Origin: Massalongia carnosa
Lineage: Eukaryota
DNA: 64,000 bases
Assembly: GCA_965645245.1 (NCBI GenBank)
Contig: OZ287077.1
Location: forward strand, 186,001-250,000
Direction: 5' to 3'
In this document: piece after piece, positions 38,401 to 49,400 of the stretch
How the letters are laid out: the number at the start of each line of letters is the position of its first letter
Position numbering within the stretch: position 1 is the stretch's first letter
Position numbers and translations under genes: made by a program
The notes under the pieces: generated by a model
Database searches by the model: none
Told to the model about the DNA's origin: nothing
What the model saw: only the letters and a program-made list of their open reading frames with translations

Positions 38401-39887
38401 GAAAATGGAAAATAGCCATCAAAGAAGAACTCGATGCCCTACTGTCAAACGGAACATTTTTGGTGGTAAATCAGCCCTCGAATCGAGACCTGATCACGTC
38501 CAAATGGGTATTCAAGGTAAAACGTCATGCGAATGGAATGATTGATCGCTACAAAGCACGTCTGGTAGCCAGAGGATTTAGTCAGAAATACGGAATTGAC
38601 TATAATGAAACGTTTGCCCCAACCCTGAGATGTGAGACACTCAGAATTCTCTTTGGGATAGCCGCCGAACTGGATCTGGAAATTCAACAGGCCGATGTAT
38701 CAAACGCGTACCTTATAGGTGAATTAACAGAGGAAATATACATGGAGATACCTGAAGGACTTGAGGTCAAAGGACATGAGAAAGCAATTCTTCTAAAAAA
38801 GGGATTGTACGGCTTGAAGCAATCAGGGCGAATTTGGAATCAACGTTTCAAAAAATTCGTCATAAGCATCGGATTCAACGTTATTCCGGCCGACAACTGT
38901 GTCTTTTATCATCCTGTCAGCAAAGTTATTATAGCCATCTATGTGGACGACATTTTGTATTTCGGACAACAAAACTCGGATATCAAAGCTGTAAAGATAC
39001 TTATCAGCGAAGAGTTTAAGGTACAAAACATGGGGGAACCACGCTCAATTCTTGGTATACGCATCACCAGAGATAGAGCAAAAAGAACAATCACCATGGA
39101 TCAAACAGCCTACATTGAGAGGTTCCTTCGCGATTATCAGATGGACCAGTGTCGGCCCGTTTCCACCCCTATTGAGGGACACTTGTCGTCTGCAAACGAA
39201 AAAGACGTTCGTACCAATCAGCTGGAATATCAACGACGAATAGGAAGCTTGATGTATGCCATGACTGCAACCCGTCCTGACTTAGCCTACTGCGTGGGAA
39301 AATTAAGTCAGCACAGTCATGATCCAACCGAATCACATCGCAGCGCTCTGGATCGAGTCTTTCGCTACCTGAAAGCCACGTCAAAATTGGGATTGATCTT
39401 TGACGGTAGCTCAGAAGTAATTGCATTTGCCGACTCCGATTATGCTAATGAAAAAGCTGACCGAAAGTCAACTCACGGAATGGTAATGAAAATTTTCGGG
39501 GGAGCGTGCATCTGGCGAAGTGCCAAACAGCGATCGACGTCATCATCGAGTACCGAAGCCGAATACGTCTCCATGTGCGAAGCCGGAAAACAGCTCGTTT
39601 GGGCCAGCAGATTAATGAGTCAATTGCATCTGCGTCCCAACAAGGCCATTGACTTGAAGGGTGACAATCAGGGATGTTTAGCACTTATTAAAAATCCTGA
39701 ACATCACTCTCGTACAAAACACATTGACGTTCAATATCACTACATTCGGGAAATCGTCGACGATGGGTTAATTCGAATTTCCTACGTCCCCACGGCCGAA
39801 ATGTTAGCTGACATATTCACCAAGCCTTTGCCACAGGCATCATTCGAACGGCTCCGGGCAAGCCTAGGGGTGAGGATAGTTAGCTAA
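35466..39887 (+). CDS. pol: Copia C Gag-Pol polyprotein (first ATG at 35502)
   Basis: Single uninterrupted ORF with CCHC, IIDSGA, HHCC, DDE, YVDD and RNase H motifs. Confidence 0.97.
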   Translation: MIFDSTLIRFVSMSSSAASTSTTPLGSGKGPEEESTSENVDGQYKAGVGLKGEIKVTKLTQDNFRTWMKIMRLNLIGKKLWGIVDGKTARPSDSRPNDQTSWEFDNATVMTYIMTSVDDEQLQHIVLLDTAKEQWDTLYRIHQDIGKTRLVPLLRRLSAYRAGPSQTVEQIASELRKIASIIGEIRLEEKPSDFFLARTLLDSVDGSAYAMARALLEEKDDLTMLMVIEKFKEVEQKNKDNEVNIHEVANRASSDRKFSGKCYHCDKVGHIKTSCFLWLKTDEGQKHQKGSENTDHMSNKTRGKSSNGGRGRKPKKSEEARLTREDEDDARSEASDASEYARMAVEDAEEYIQAAQFEAQEEYALAATARMGAGSEAQAARFGAIAQTGAGTPSKEWIIDSGASRHMTPDRGLFVSMMLIRTTVRVADGTVILSIGRGDVLVRMRNGEKIRLTEVLFVPELDTNLLSIRALQAKGISVRFGLNGVEITRGEALLATGVLSGSSYLLRPAREDVALITEVTKEKHSPNPARDDYLLWHARMGHVSLKRLEKLPSLTTGTGAIKGVDATAHSDKCVTCKYTKMTKVISRMPPLKSTRRGERTFSDYWGPYKVANLQGSQYFLSFVDDFSRRSEVYFGSRLTLKENFQRYKAKFEVETGEKLGLIRTDNAKEYHALEKDLLKEGIQMEFTDPYTPEQNGVAERLNRTLMQMVRAMQLWAGLPREFWGEALMVANYLRNRLPTNTHGGKMTPYEAWYGRRPDLGHLRTYGCLVHARIPSERRDKMDVVSFQGVFVGYHSSKQYRIYNPKTKKIGWHSSLDFFEDWPGGPLLNVPTESGTWEIDTIDSDYEPDKYLDNQLITNEGGDEVIGDNGQNKNLSVGADPTSQIENPEEITSPVGADPASSNEGIPTIELNAQSNTGIPATIEGKSPRKRTPTTTAFTRSKRERKPYDKYAFDNNQALQTNDDHDPTSYSEAVNGKDWRKWKIAIKEELDALLSNGTFLVVNQPSNRDLITSKWVFKVKRHANGMIDRYKARLVARGFSQKYGIDYNETFAPTLRCETLRILFGIAAELDLEIQQADVSNAYLIGELTEEIYMEIPEGLEVKGHEKAILLKKGLYGLKQSGRIWNQRFKKFVISIGFNVIPADNCVFYHPVSKVIIAIYVDDILYFGQQNSDIKAVKILISEEFKVQNMGEPRSILGIRITRDRAKRTITMDQTAYIERFLRDYQMDQCRPVSTPIEGHLSSANEKDVRTNQLEYQRRIGSLMYAMTATRPDLAYCVGKLSQHSHDPTESHRSALDRVFRYLKATSKLGLIFDGSSEVIAFADSDYANEKADRKSTHGMVMKIFGGACIWRSAKQRSTSSSSTEAEYVSMCEAGKQLVWASRLMSQLHLRPNKAIDLKGDNQGCLALIKNPEHHSRTKHIDVQYHYIREIVDDGLIRISYVPTAEMLADIFTKPLPQASFERLRASLGVRIVS

Positions 39888-41236
39888 GGGGTTTGGACGT
39901 ACATCGGCCGTTTGGCCCATGGCCCAGGGGACAGGCCCCGAGGGCGACACGCGATGGTTGGTACTGCGAGGGCATGAGGCCATCCAGACATTCTCGGAGT
40001 GGGAGTGTTGAGAATTGAGCCGAGATGTCTGCTTATTAATAAGAGCACTAACCGAATGCGGATCAAGCACTAAGGGTTATTTCGGCCGTGGCAACACATC
40101 ACTAATCATTCGAGATGTCATCCATCTGCCAGCTAAGGGAGGCAAAACGGAATATATTGTTAGATGGTGAGGCTACCATTGGTTAGATGGTCAGGCTACC
40201 ATCAATATAGGCATCCATCGTGAGTCACACGGGTGTCTACCAGGCACCTATGGAGGTGCCTAACAGGCAGCTATGGGAAGCCTACAGCATTACTGCTGTG
40301 TGACTGCTATAAAAGCAGGTAGATAGCCCACATAGATAATAACCCTCAATGAAATGTATGCTTCTTATTTGCCCTACTTCCGTTTCATGATCAATAGCCT
40401 GGTGTTTCAACACACTTCCGCCGATATCTTCCTCCTGAACAGCGGACCAATCAGCTGGTCAACGAAACGCCAGGCCTCGGTGACCACCTCCACAGCTGAG
40501 GCTGAGTATATGGGGGAGTGCCATGCTGGCAAGGAGGCTGTCTTCTTGGCGAATGCCTTGAAATCCTTGGGATATGGTGTCAATGGCCCCGTCCCCCTGA
40601 AAGCTGACAACAAGGCGGCTATAAAGCTAGCAGACAACCCCATCAATCATCCTCGGGCCAAACATATCGATATCCAGTATTATAAGACGAGGGAGCTGAT
40701 CGCTGAGGGAGCTATTCAAATTAGCTTATGTGCCCACTAAGGATATGATAGCTGATGGACTAACCAAGCCTCTACCGTGGATCTCCTTTCGAAGGTTCAT
40801 CGATCAGATGAATATGACCACTGCCCCAGAGGCATCAAATCAACGAGGTTGATTCAAACTTCTGGAGGTTGGAACCTTCCTATTGTGAGGGAGCTTTGGA
40901 TTGACAATAGCGACGGTCCACCTAGCCTTATCGGAGGCCGGCCTTACAATAGGCCGCCCCCCTGAATCCTAATGCGGTAAGGTTGTTAAGGAGGTGTTTG
41001 CTATAGCAAACAATCTGGTCAATAAGGTCCTCGGGAGGACCCCCCCGAACTTCCTTCCTTCTAGATAGCATTAATATAATCACCTTTCAAAGCCTTCAGT
41101 CTGCTACTAAGCCTACTGTACTCAAAGTTTCCGTCATAGGAGAATGGAAGCTCGACAAAGATGAAGAACAGACTTCAGAGCGATTATCTTTGCTAAGACT
41201 CTGTACGAGTTATTGATAAGTTATTAAAATTGAACA

Positions 41237-41653
41237 TACGTCGCGCAATGGGTCGGATTGGGTCGGGTTTTGACTAGTCAAACACGACCCGCTACAAGGT
41301 TAGGGAACCTGTAGGACTCAACCCGGTGTGTTGGGGAACCGTTCCCGGATTTACCCGTTGAACCCGTTCGACCCGGTCGATTTTTTATGCCAATTTTAAA
41401 CGTGTTTTTAGACGTTTTAAACAAATTTGAATATTCCGAAAATTCCGAAAATTATTCATCAAGAAATGATGATTAGTAAGCATAATTTTTATCTCTTCAA
41501 ACGTCATATTTTCGTCGAATTTTTATTTTTAATTTACAAAAAAAACTGATCGGGTTGAACGATTTAACCCGGAAACCCGCATAAAAAACCCGAACCCGAC
41601 CCGAGAACTCGACTCAAACCCGACGGGTATAACTCAACCCGTTGCGTGACGTA
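41237..41653. mobile_element. hAT-type non-autonomous element (MITE), 417 bp
   Basis: 8-bp TSD ATTGAACA (41229-41236, 41654-41661); TIR tacgtcgcgcaatgggt / acccgttgcgtgacgta (15/17); many subterminal acccg motifs. Confidence 0.9.
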
Positions 41654-42113
41654 ATTGAACACTATTGTTTCTATCTAGACATAAAAAGCGTGGTAAATAT
41701 TCAACTCCTACAAGTATAGTAAACAGCTACTAGTTCAATAAAAATAGCAGCTACGACTGCCCAATATGGACAGAGCACCTATAGATACCGTTGATGCCGT
41801 ATTAGGCTTAGCCTAGAGATTAGATAAGATCTGCTCGTATAATCTTAGCACCCCGCTTAGAAGAGATGACTAGTTATAGGACAAAGACTGCTGAACAGCA
41901 CTCTTTATCCTTAAAATCACGGTTATACATACCATTTCTATCATAGCTATATAGCTATTTGCCTCAGTACCTCAGACCGGCCTTGCCCTCGCCATAGCTA
42001 AACATATTCAGATTAGTATATTATTAGTCTAAAGCTAAGTTATTTTAGTAAATAGTTTTACTATTTTGGGTTAAGACTCTGTTTAGCTTACTACGCATGC
42101 TTCGGGCGGCAGG

Positions 42114-45100
42114 TGTTAAATATATAAGGGTCAAAAGGCATAATCAGGGAATTGGGTAGATGTTGATTGTATTGTAGAGGATGTGGAAAAGTGGGAATCT
42201 ATCTAAGGGGGGAGGCCACGTGTCTAGTCGGGCCGGAATAACCCTTCGGATATATCATCCTGAGTTACCACTGATGTTTAGGATTAGTTATCCTATAATT
42301 TGACACACCCCCTCAGATCAGAAACACCGTTTATAGATCTGGAATCAGTCCAGTATAATCCCTTATATTCCTCATCTTGATGCTTTGTCCTCCGAAACAC
42401 GCCACCTGAACGCCCGATTGTGAATGCATTAGACGATTTTTCAAACTTTCCATCTTTCGTATCGAGTCCAATCTTTCCGATATGTTCACCAATCCTATCA
42501 ATCTTATGAATCCCTCGTGCTTCTGCCTTGATAAGGCCTTCGTCAATCCGTCCGCCGGCATCTTAGTTGTGGCCAACCATCTTATCGACACCCTACCGGC
42601 CTGATATTCCTGTCTCAACCAGTGATTATGTATGTCTACATGGCGAAGCCGAGTTTGAAGCTTCATATCCTCACTAGTTATCAAGTTGATAGTCTGTTTT
42701 TTGTCGCAATCGATGATCACCGGTCCCTCCAGTCTCACCTTGATGGCCTTTAACAGTCGTCTTAGATACATTGCTTCTTTGGTGGTGTCCGACAAGGCCA
42801 GCAATTTGGCCTCAGTGCTCGATGTGGTCACCGTCGCCTGTTTGCTTGCTTTCCATGCAACCGGTCCTCCGAACAGCGTCATTATATATCCTTGAGAACT
42901 TTTCCTATCCTTGTTGTCCGCGAAGGACGCGTCGCTAGCACATAGGAACCCTTGTATCCCTTCCTCTTGTTTTCCTTCATATTGAATCGCAAGGGTTTTG
43001 GTGGCGTATAGGTATTCTAGGACTCGCATCGCTGCCTGGTGATGTTCATCGGAAGGATTTATGGAGAATTGGGATAGTTTGGACACCGTGAATGCGATAT
43101 CTGGTCTGGTGGTTATGGCTGCGAATAGGGCTGTTCCTATCCTTTGTTGATATAAGTGAATGGACTGATGGGAAGCTTTGTTTTTTTGAGACTGTATATT
43201 GAGTTGATATCATAGGAGTATCTGGTAGTTTCTTATCTAGTTGAACATCGAATTTATTAGCCATCTTATCAATATAGGCCTCTTGGGATAGCCATAGAAG
43301 TCGTTTAGACCTATCTCTTATGACTCTGATTCCTAAGAACCATTCGATTTCCCCCAGTGATTTCATGGTGTATATTGAACATAAATGCTCGATGGCTTTC
43401 AAGGCCTGACCCTCGATCGATTTGTGGTAACAAAATATCGTGTCATCCACATAATAGAATACTAGGATTCCGCCTCTCATCATTATACATGATTCTTGAG
43501 GTATGGCCCTAAATTCCATGGATTGAAATGTTTTTGACAGATGCTTCTGCCATAGATATGGTGACCGTCTCAGGCCGTAGAGTGCTTTCTCAGTCTTAAC
43601 ACATATTTTTGTATTAGACCACATCTCTGATTTAACCTCTTCCACCTTTGAGCCTTACTGTCCGGGACTATACCGATTCAAGGGTGATCAGTCCTTGTCG
43701 ACTAGTTCTCTAGAATGGTTTCTCACCTAGACTGGCCGCGTTTTCTCTTGGGTGTGAAGGCCTTCCTTTTACAGAAGTCATCATTTCACTAGGGGTCGCC
43801 GCTGTTTGGTCTTCTGATAGATTCGTCCTCTTTTCAGTGCCCGCCCGCTCGACGGCGAATGCGAATGCCTACCTGTGAATGGATAATATGGTGGAATACG
43901 TATGTATACCACCTCGTCCAGCGGACAGTTGACAAATGCATTTACTGCATCGAGTTGTCTAGTTTCTAGATCATACTTCGCAACTAACGCCATCATGGAC
44001 CTGAATGCTGAGCTGGCCAAAGTGGTCGCTCGTGTTGGTAGTTCCCCAACCTCTTGTTGATTCCCACATACTACTAATCTAGCTTTATTTTACCAAATAG
44101 CCATCACTGTCTGTCTTGTAGGTGAAAACCCACATGCAGTCCAGCACTTGATTTCTTATGGTATGCTTGCTTTCGACTAGTTCAAACGTCTCCATCTTCT
44201 CATGCTCACCGAGATGTTCTCTGATGGCATCGATGAAGTGAGACTCGAACATGTGACCCTCCAGGTCACGTATGGTTTTGGGAGGTGGGGGTAGATTCAA
44301 CTTATGGAACTTACTGAACAACCGACCAGCGGCAAATGCCCCGAGTTCTGATGTTTGGATGCGTGGTGCTTCTTTATTGATATAGATATTATCGTCGAAG
44401 TCACATTGAGAGCAGCTTACCTCATGTATATCTTCAATTTCTAACCGAGCATGAAGTGCCATGGCTAATTCGTCATCCTCATCTGGTTGTGGTGTTGGTA
44501 ATCCACGTTCTTGTTCCTCTGCTTGGCGTAGATCCTCGATCAATTTGTCTGGTCTATCAAGCCTATCGACGTCAGATATATCCTCTGCTTCATCATTATG
44601 ATACTCCAGTATCTCCACATCTTCCTCTAAGATGCCTTCATTTATTGCTTCAGCCACTGGCAACTCGATCCTATTTATGATAGTCTCTCTCTCTACTTCA
44701 GACGTTCCTTCTTCGGGTAACTGTCCTTCGTAGAATCTGGACTCATCGAATATCACGTCTCGTGTGGAGATGACACCATCTCTTTCTGGTATTCACACTC
44801 TAAAGATATTCGTCGATCGGTATCCTACTAGGTGTCCTATATATGCACGGGGTTGGAGTTTCTGTCGTCTGTTCTTATGAAGTTGAGCGTCCTCAGTCAT
44901 CGCATATGCTCTGCAGCCATAGGCCTTTAAATGGGCCAATTGATTTCGAACGGTGATTTCCAGGACTGAGCCTCTCTAGGAGTCCTATTATGTAAATACG
45001 TTGACGCATCTATTACCTCCTTCCAGAGATTTGATGGTAACTTAGCTCCTATTGACATCGCCCTCGCCTTCGTCACTATCACACTCCCTGAACGTTCCGC

Positions 45101-47005
45101 TACACCATTTTGTGCTGCAGTTCTAGGAGCGGAAGGTTCGAATTCTATCCCTACCGATGACAACCACTTGTTGGTACGCTTTCTATTCAACTCCAAATCT
45201 GACCGTATCATTTCTATCAGTAGGTTCCGTTGCTTGCACCAAGCCATTAGGTCTTTGAGAATCTTGAGGGTTTCTGACTCCTCTCCGTGTGTTGACATTG
45301 AATTAGGTATGACTAATCCAGTATATTTGTCTGTGATAAACATTGTTCGTATAAAACCATCCATGGCCTTATCGAAATCCGTCCAATCTATGTGCAGTTC
45401 CTGGAATGGCTTCGTTACTTTTCTATTTCCTGGCCGACGTGATATTTTTCCATGCATCTTTGCCAGACTACACGCCTCACACTGAGTGGTCGATGGCCCT
45501 AATAGTGTAACACCTAATGAGTTCTCTCCTAGTTTGTGAAGGCTTATTGGTCCAGGATGTCCCATACGACAATGCCAGATGAAGGCATCTCCCTTTGAGG
45601 AGGATCTAGGTTTTCCTGAACGAAGACGAGGTATTGGAGTTATTAGCAATGCGGCCTTACTAGATGAATCTGGCCTTTGGAATGCAGGAAGTTCGTCAAC
45701 TTGATGAATCAGACAAATTGTCCTTCGTCCTTTATTAGTCTTCTTGTATAGAACATTCCTTTCCGTCTCCCAGTATATATCTCTCTTTCTTAGTTGTTGA
45801 AACGACACTAGATTTACCACGAAGTCCACACAATATGCCACGTTCGATAGTCTCATCACCCCCTCAGATTTATCTTCTCGGAGTATAGGTATTCTGAGAC
45901 TACCGTAACCAAGGATTGGAATCCTTGATGATCCGGCTTGTATGTATATGATCTTTGATGCTTTAGTGAAGTTCTGGAAACGAGCTATGTCATTGAAGAC
46001 ATGTATGGAGGCTCCGGAATCTAGGATGTCGTCAGGCCATGAAGAAGGAAGTGATGTTTCTGATTGATGATTTAGAAGGAATGCAGCGTCTATTGATTCG
46101 TATTGATTCTGATGATCCACCGACGTTGATTTGTGAAGATCTTGGTGGTCCACCAACGATATTTGCTATGGTGGAATCTCCTCAACCTTCTTTTTATCCT
46201 TCCTTATCCTTTCGACTTCTTTTTTTAACTTCCTGTCCTTATCCACTCTATTGTTTACCTCTTTAGTTTTCCTTTTCCCTAGAGTGTAGTCATCTGGTTT
46301 CCCTTCTGGGAATATAAACCAACAGTTCTCGAGATCATGGCCTGCTCTTTCACACGCAGGGCATATCTTATCGTGCCTTTTCCCTCCACGGTGAGATTGT
46401 CCAGTTGTATTTGCCCTCTTTCTCTTAGTGGCTGTATTGGCTACTTCTTCTAGTAGGCCATCTTCGTCTTCGTCGTCCACTAACGTCTGGAACGCGGCTC
46501 CCCGGACCGTCTGCTTCACTCCAGCTCTCAAGTATTCTCGGATTTCTCGTAGGACTTCTGGATATTGCGATATGTCATTTCTTGCGGCGTCGTTGCCTCT
46601 GGATCGAAGTGCATAGGATAGTTCTGGTGCGTGTGGTTTCATCCACGACGACATATTTCCAAGCCATATTCCGTGCTTGAACTCCGACAAATCGTGTTGT
46701 CGGGCCTTGGCTACTACCTTCTCCCACTTATCCAACCAGTCTAGTGGTTTCGCCTTCATCCTAAGCAACTTATCATATTTCTCCTTCGCCAACGCCATGG
46801 AATGTCCCGTCGGAGGTGCCATAAGGTTTCGTAAGATAATGAGACCCTCCTTTACTGACATACTCGCTTTCAGGCTCGTTCGGTTTGTGATCGGAACTGT
46901 TTCTACTATGTGTTTTCTTATCGTCGTCAACGAGGTTTCTTGTCTTATATAGTCTTTCTGATCCGACTCGTAATGTTTTCTTGCATTATCGAACATTCCC
47001 TGATT
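42114..47005 (-). mobile_element. Copia element D (degenerate, 5'-truncated)
   Basis: 3' LTR 42114-42305 with PPT GAGGGGGTG; gag (46166-47005), ILDSGA protease, integrase, RT (YYVDD) and RNase H fragments on the minus strand. Confidence 0.88.
43659..43885. mobile_element. Small LTR-like insertion in the Copia D RT
   Basis: TGTCC...GGATA ends; interrupts the RT frame; no clean TSD. Confidence 0.5.
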
Positions 47006-47458
47006 TGCGGCTGAGAGGAAACACAGCGATCTGCACCTCGCTGGCGCCGTCACTCTCGCCGGCGCCTCTACCTAGCGCCCCATTTCGGGCCTTGGTGCAG
47101 ATCGCGGTGGATACTCCCTCTACCTCTGCGGCTGAGACCTGGAGTGGGTGGGCGGGTCAAAAACTACTATGCAGTGCTACCTCCGAATCCGAGATGATGA
47201 GGAGATGTAGGACTGCTTTGGCCCTCTATATAGCCTCCATCTCCCCCCCGTCATCCATCCTTCCATATCCGATCCCCCGTCGTTATCCGAACCAGCTCCT
47301 GGCGGATAACCGTGCAAAACCGAAGAGGTCTGGATTTTGCGTCACCTGCTGTCCCCGTCATGCGTGGAGAACCGCTGGTAGCCGATCCGCTGGTAGCCGA
47401 ATCCGCTGGTAGCCGAATAGCATCGGTCCCGCACTAGCTCTCGCCATAGACGAACTAG
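47006..47458 (-). mobile_element. Left-truncated relative of the 50300-50842 element
   Basis: Shares ctggagtgggtggg, cagtgcta, gatgatgagg and the terminus gcactagctctc...atag.cgaactag. Confidence 0.7.
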
Positions 47459-47879
47459 TAAAAACCGGAATCCCAAAAGGCTCCCCCATTTCTCCTATTC
47501 TTTATCTATTCTCCAAAAGACCTTTTGGTGCTGAACTCCGAATCAATAGTGATGATGAGAAGAAGAGTGCCAAAATGCCACCTATTTATGCCCTTTCTCT
47601 CCCTTGTTTGTCCAACTATTTTGGACATAATCCTCCTTTTTCCTTCGGCCTTTGTTGGCTGTTCGCGGCCTGCCTCCACTCGGTCCCGGCATTACCTTTC
47701 GCCTTAGCCGAATTACTTTGATGATCGAAATCATCTCTAGCAAAGCCTCGAAAAATTGTTGAGAATCTTGAAACTTAAGACTCTTGAAACTTAAAAATTG
47801 GTCCGCATTGACATGATTTCGATAAACTTAACATTAACACAAAATTAGTCCCGTTCATATAAACGGCTGCTTAAGGGCG

Positions 47880-49400
47880 ATGATGAATTCATTCAATCAG
47901 CAAAATGCGTTCTTGAATGAACATAGCGAAAAGAAGGAAAGCTTACGTGAGAAAATCAAGGAGTATCTTGATCGTGTGGGCACTGTGGGTGACCCGGTGG
48001 CGTTACAGTTGCTGAAAAATTCAGCGGAGCTTCTGCAAGCGCAAAAGCAGATCGGCGACGAAGTCGCAAAGGCGCCCAATATCCTCAATGACACTCTACA
48101 ATCTATTCAACAAACACTGACACGCATAGAACAGAAGGATACAACTCCCCAAAGCTACGCCGCTGCCGCCACGGGGCGAGGTCGTGATGGACCCGCACCC
48201 CCAGCGAAGAAAAATGTCAAGTCCCAACCGACTTCAAAGGACAAAACACCTACACCGAAGGAAGCGCGACGCGCTCGAGAAATCACTGTTCACATAACGG
48301 AGAATGCAGATAAGGAAAAAATAAAGCTGATGCCAACCAAAGAGCTGGTAGAAACATTACAAAATGGAGCGGAAGGAATACGAGGAGTGTCGCGCTTGTT
48401 AAATGGCGACATAAGGATTCACACGGAGTCATTGGAGGCAAACAAGATTCTGCAGGAAAAGACCGACTGGACCCGCATGATGGCCGCCTCCGCAGCGGTG
48501 AATACTCGTACCTTCACTGTAAGGGCAAATGGACTCAGGGTGGAAAACATCAAGGTGGCCAATCAATCAACTGCTATCGCGTACCTGCAGGCCGCCAACG
48601 CACGCCTGCATCCTGACCTCAAGATCATCAAAGTAGCTTGGTCAGTCAAGGCCATTAGGGAGAAGAAAGCATACTCCACGCTACACATGGAGGTCGCTAC
48701 CGCCGAGATTGCCAACCGGCTCATCACCGAGGGTCTGATGGACGACTACGAAATAAAAGACTGTGAGCGTTTTACACGCGGTTGCACCATGACCCAATGC
48801 TTCAATTGTCAGAAATATGGCCACATAGGTAGATCATGTCGCAATCCCGCCGCTTGTGGTCACTGTGCCGGTGGACATCAAAGTAAAGAATGCAACTTGG
48901 AGACAACGGGGCAATACCGTCGATGTGCCGTATGCGGAGAGAAGGGACACGAGGCGTGGTCTACAGCATGCAAAATCAGAAAGGCTGAAAAGCGAAAAAC
49001 TGAAATTGCTATGCAAAACCGCGCTCCACTATACACAATCGAGTCACAATCGCCCTCATTCCAGTTTCAAGGAGCGCCGACACTCGCAGCTACACAAACG
49101 AACGAAATCTCGTCAACATGGAAGATTGTGAACGGCAAGAAAAGAAAAATGCACAACGCGGGGCTCTCAGCCGATTTATCACCGGGCTTCCCCCGAGGAG
49201 AGCAAGTATCAACCTGGGCTAATATAGGCATTATGAATCCTGAAAACATGATCAAAGCCTTAGCAAAACCAGCGCTAGGTAGACCCCGCGCAGAATCCGT
49301 AGTAACGACAGGTACCCAGGCCACCCCAGTCACAGTGGTCGAAACCAAACCATGGAAATCCTATGAGGGACACAAAATCCCTCTCGATATTGCAGTATAA
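47880..49400 (+). CDS. LINE 2 ORF1 (gag-like)
   Basis: Three CCHC knuckles. Confidence 0.88.
   Translation: MMNSFNQQNAFLNEHSEKKESLREKIKEYLDRVGTVGDPVALQLLKNSAELLQAQKQIGDEVAKAPNILNDTLQSIQQTLTRIEQKDTTPQSYAAAATGRGRDGPAPPAKKNVKSQPTSKDKTPTPKEARRAREITVHITENADKEKIKLMPTKELVETLQNGAEGIRGVSRLLNGDIRIHTESLEANKILQEKTDWTRMMAASAAVNTRTFTVRANGLRVENIKVANQSTAIAYLQAANARLHPDLKIIKVAWSVKAIREKKAYSTLHMEVATAEIANRLITEGLMDDYEIKDCERFTRGCTMTQCFNCQKYGHIGRSCRNPAACGHCAGGHQSKECNLETTGQYRRCAVCGEKGHEAWSTACKIRKAEKRKTEIAMQNRAPLYTIESQSPSFQFQGAPTLAATQTNEISSTWKIVNGKKRKMHNAGLSADLSPGFPRGEQVSTWANIGIMNPENMIKALAKPALGRPRAESVVTTGTQATPVTVVETKPWKSYEGHKIPLDIAV

Larger units (their letters stand above)
35019..40412 (+). mobile_element. Intact Copia element C
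   Basis: 407-bp LTRs at 35019-35425 and 40006-40412 with no difference seen; TSD CACTT; PBS GGTTATGAGCCC; PPT GGAGTGGGAG. Confidence 0.97.
30663..41127 (+). mobile_element. Copia element B (degenerate, hosts Copia C)
   Basis: LTRs 30663-30894 and 40894-41127, PBS GGTTATGAGCCC, gag-PR-IN-RT-RH fragments. RNase H rejoins across the insert as RRST|SADIF. Confidence 0.9.
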
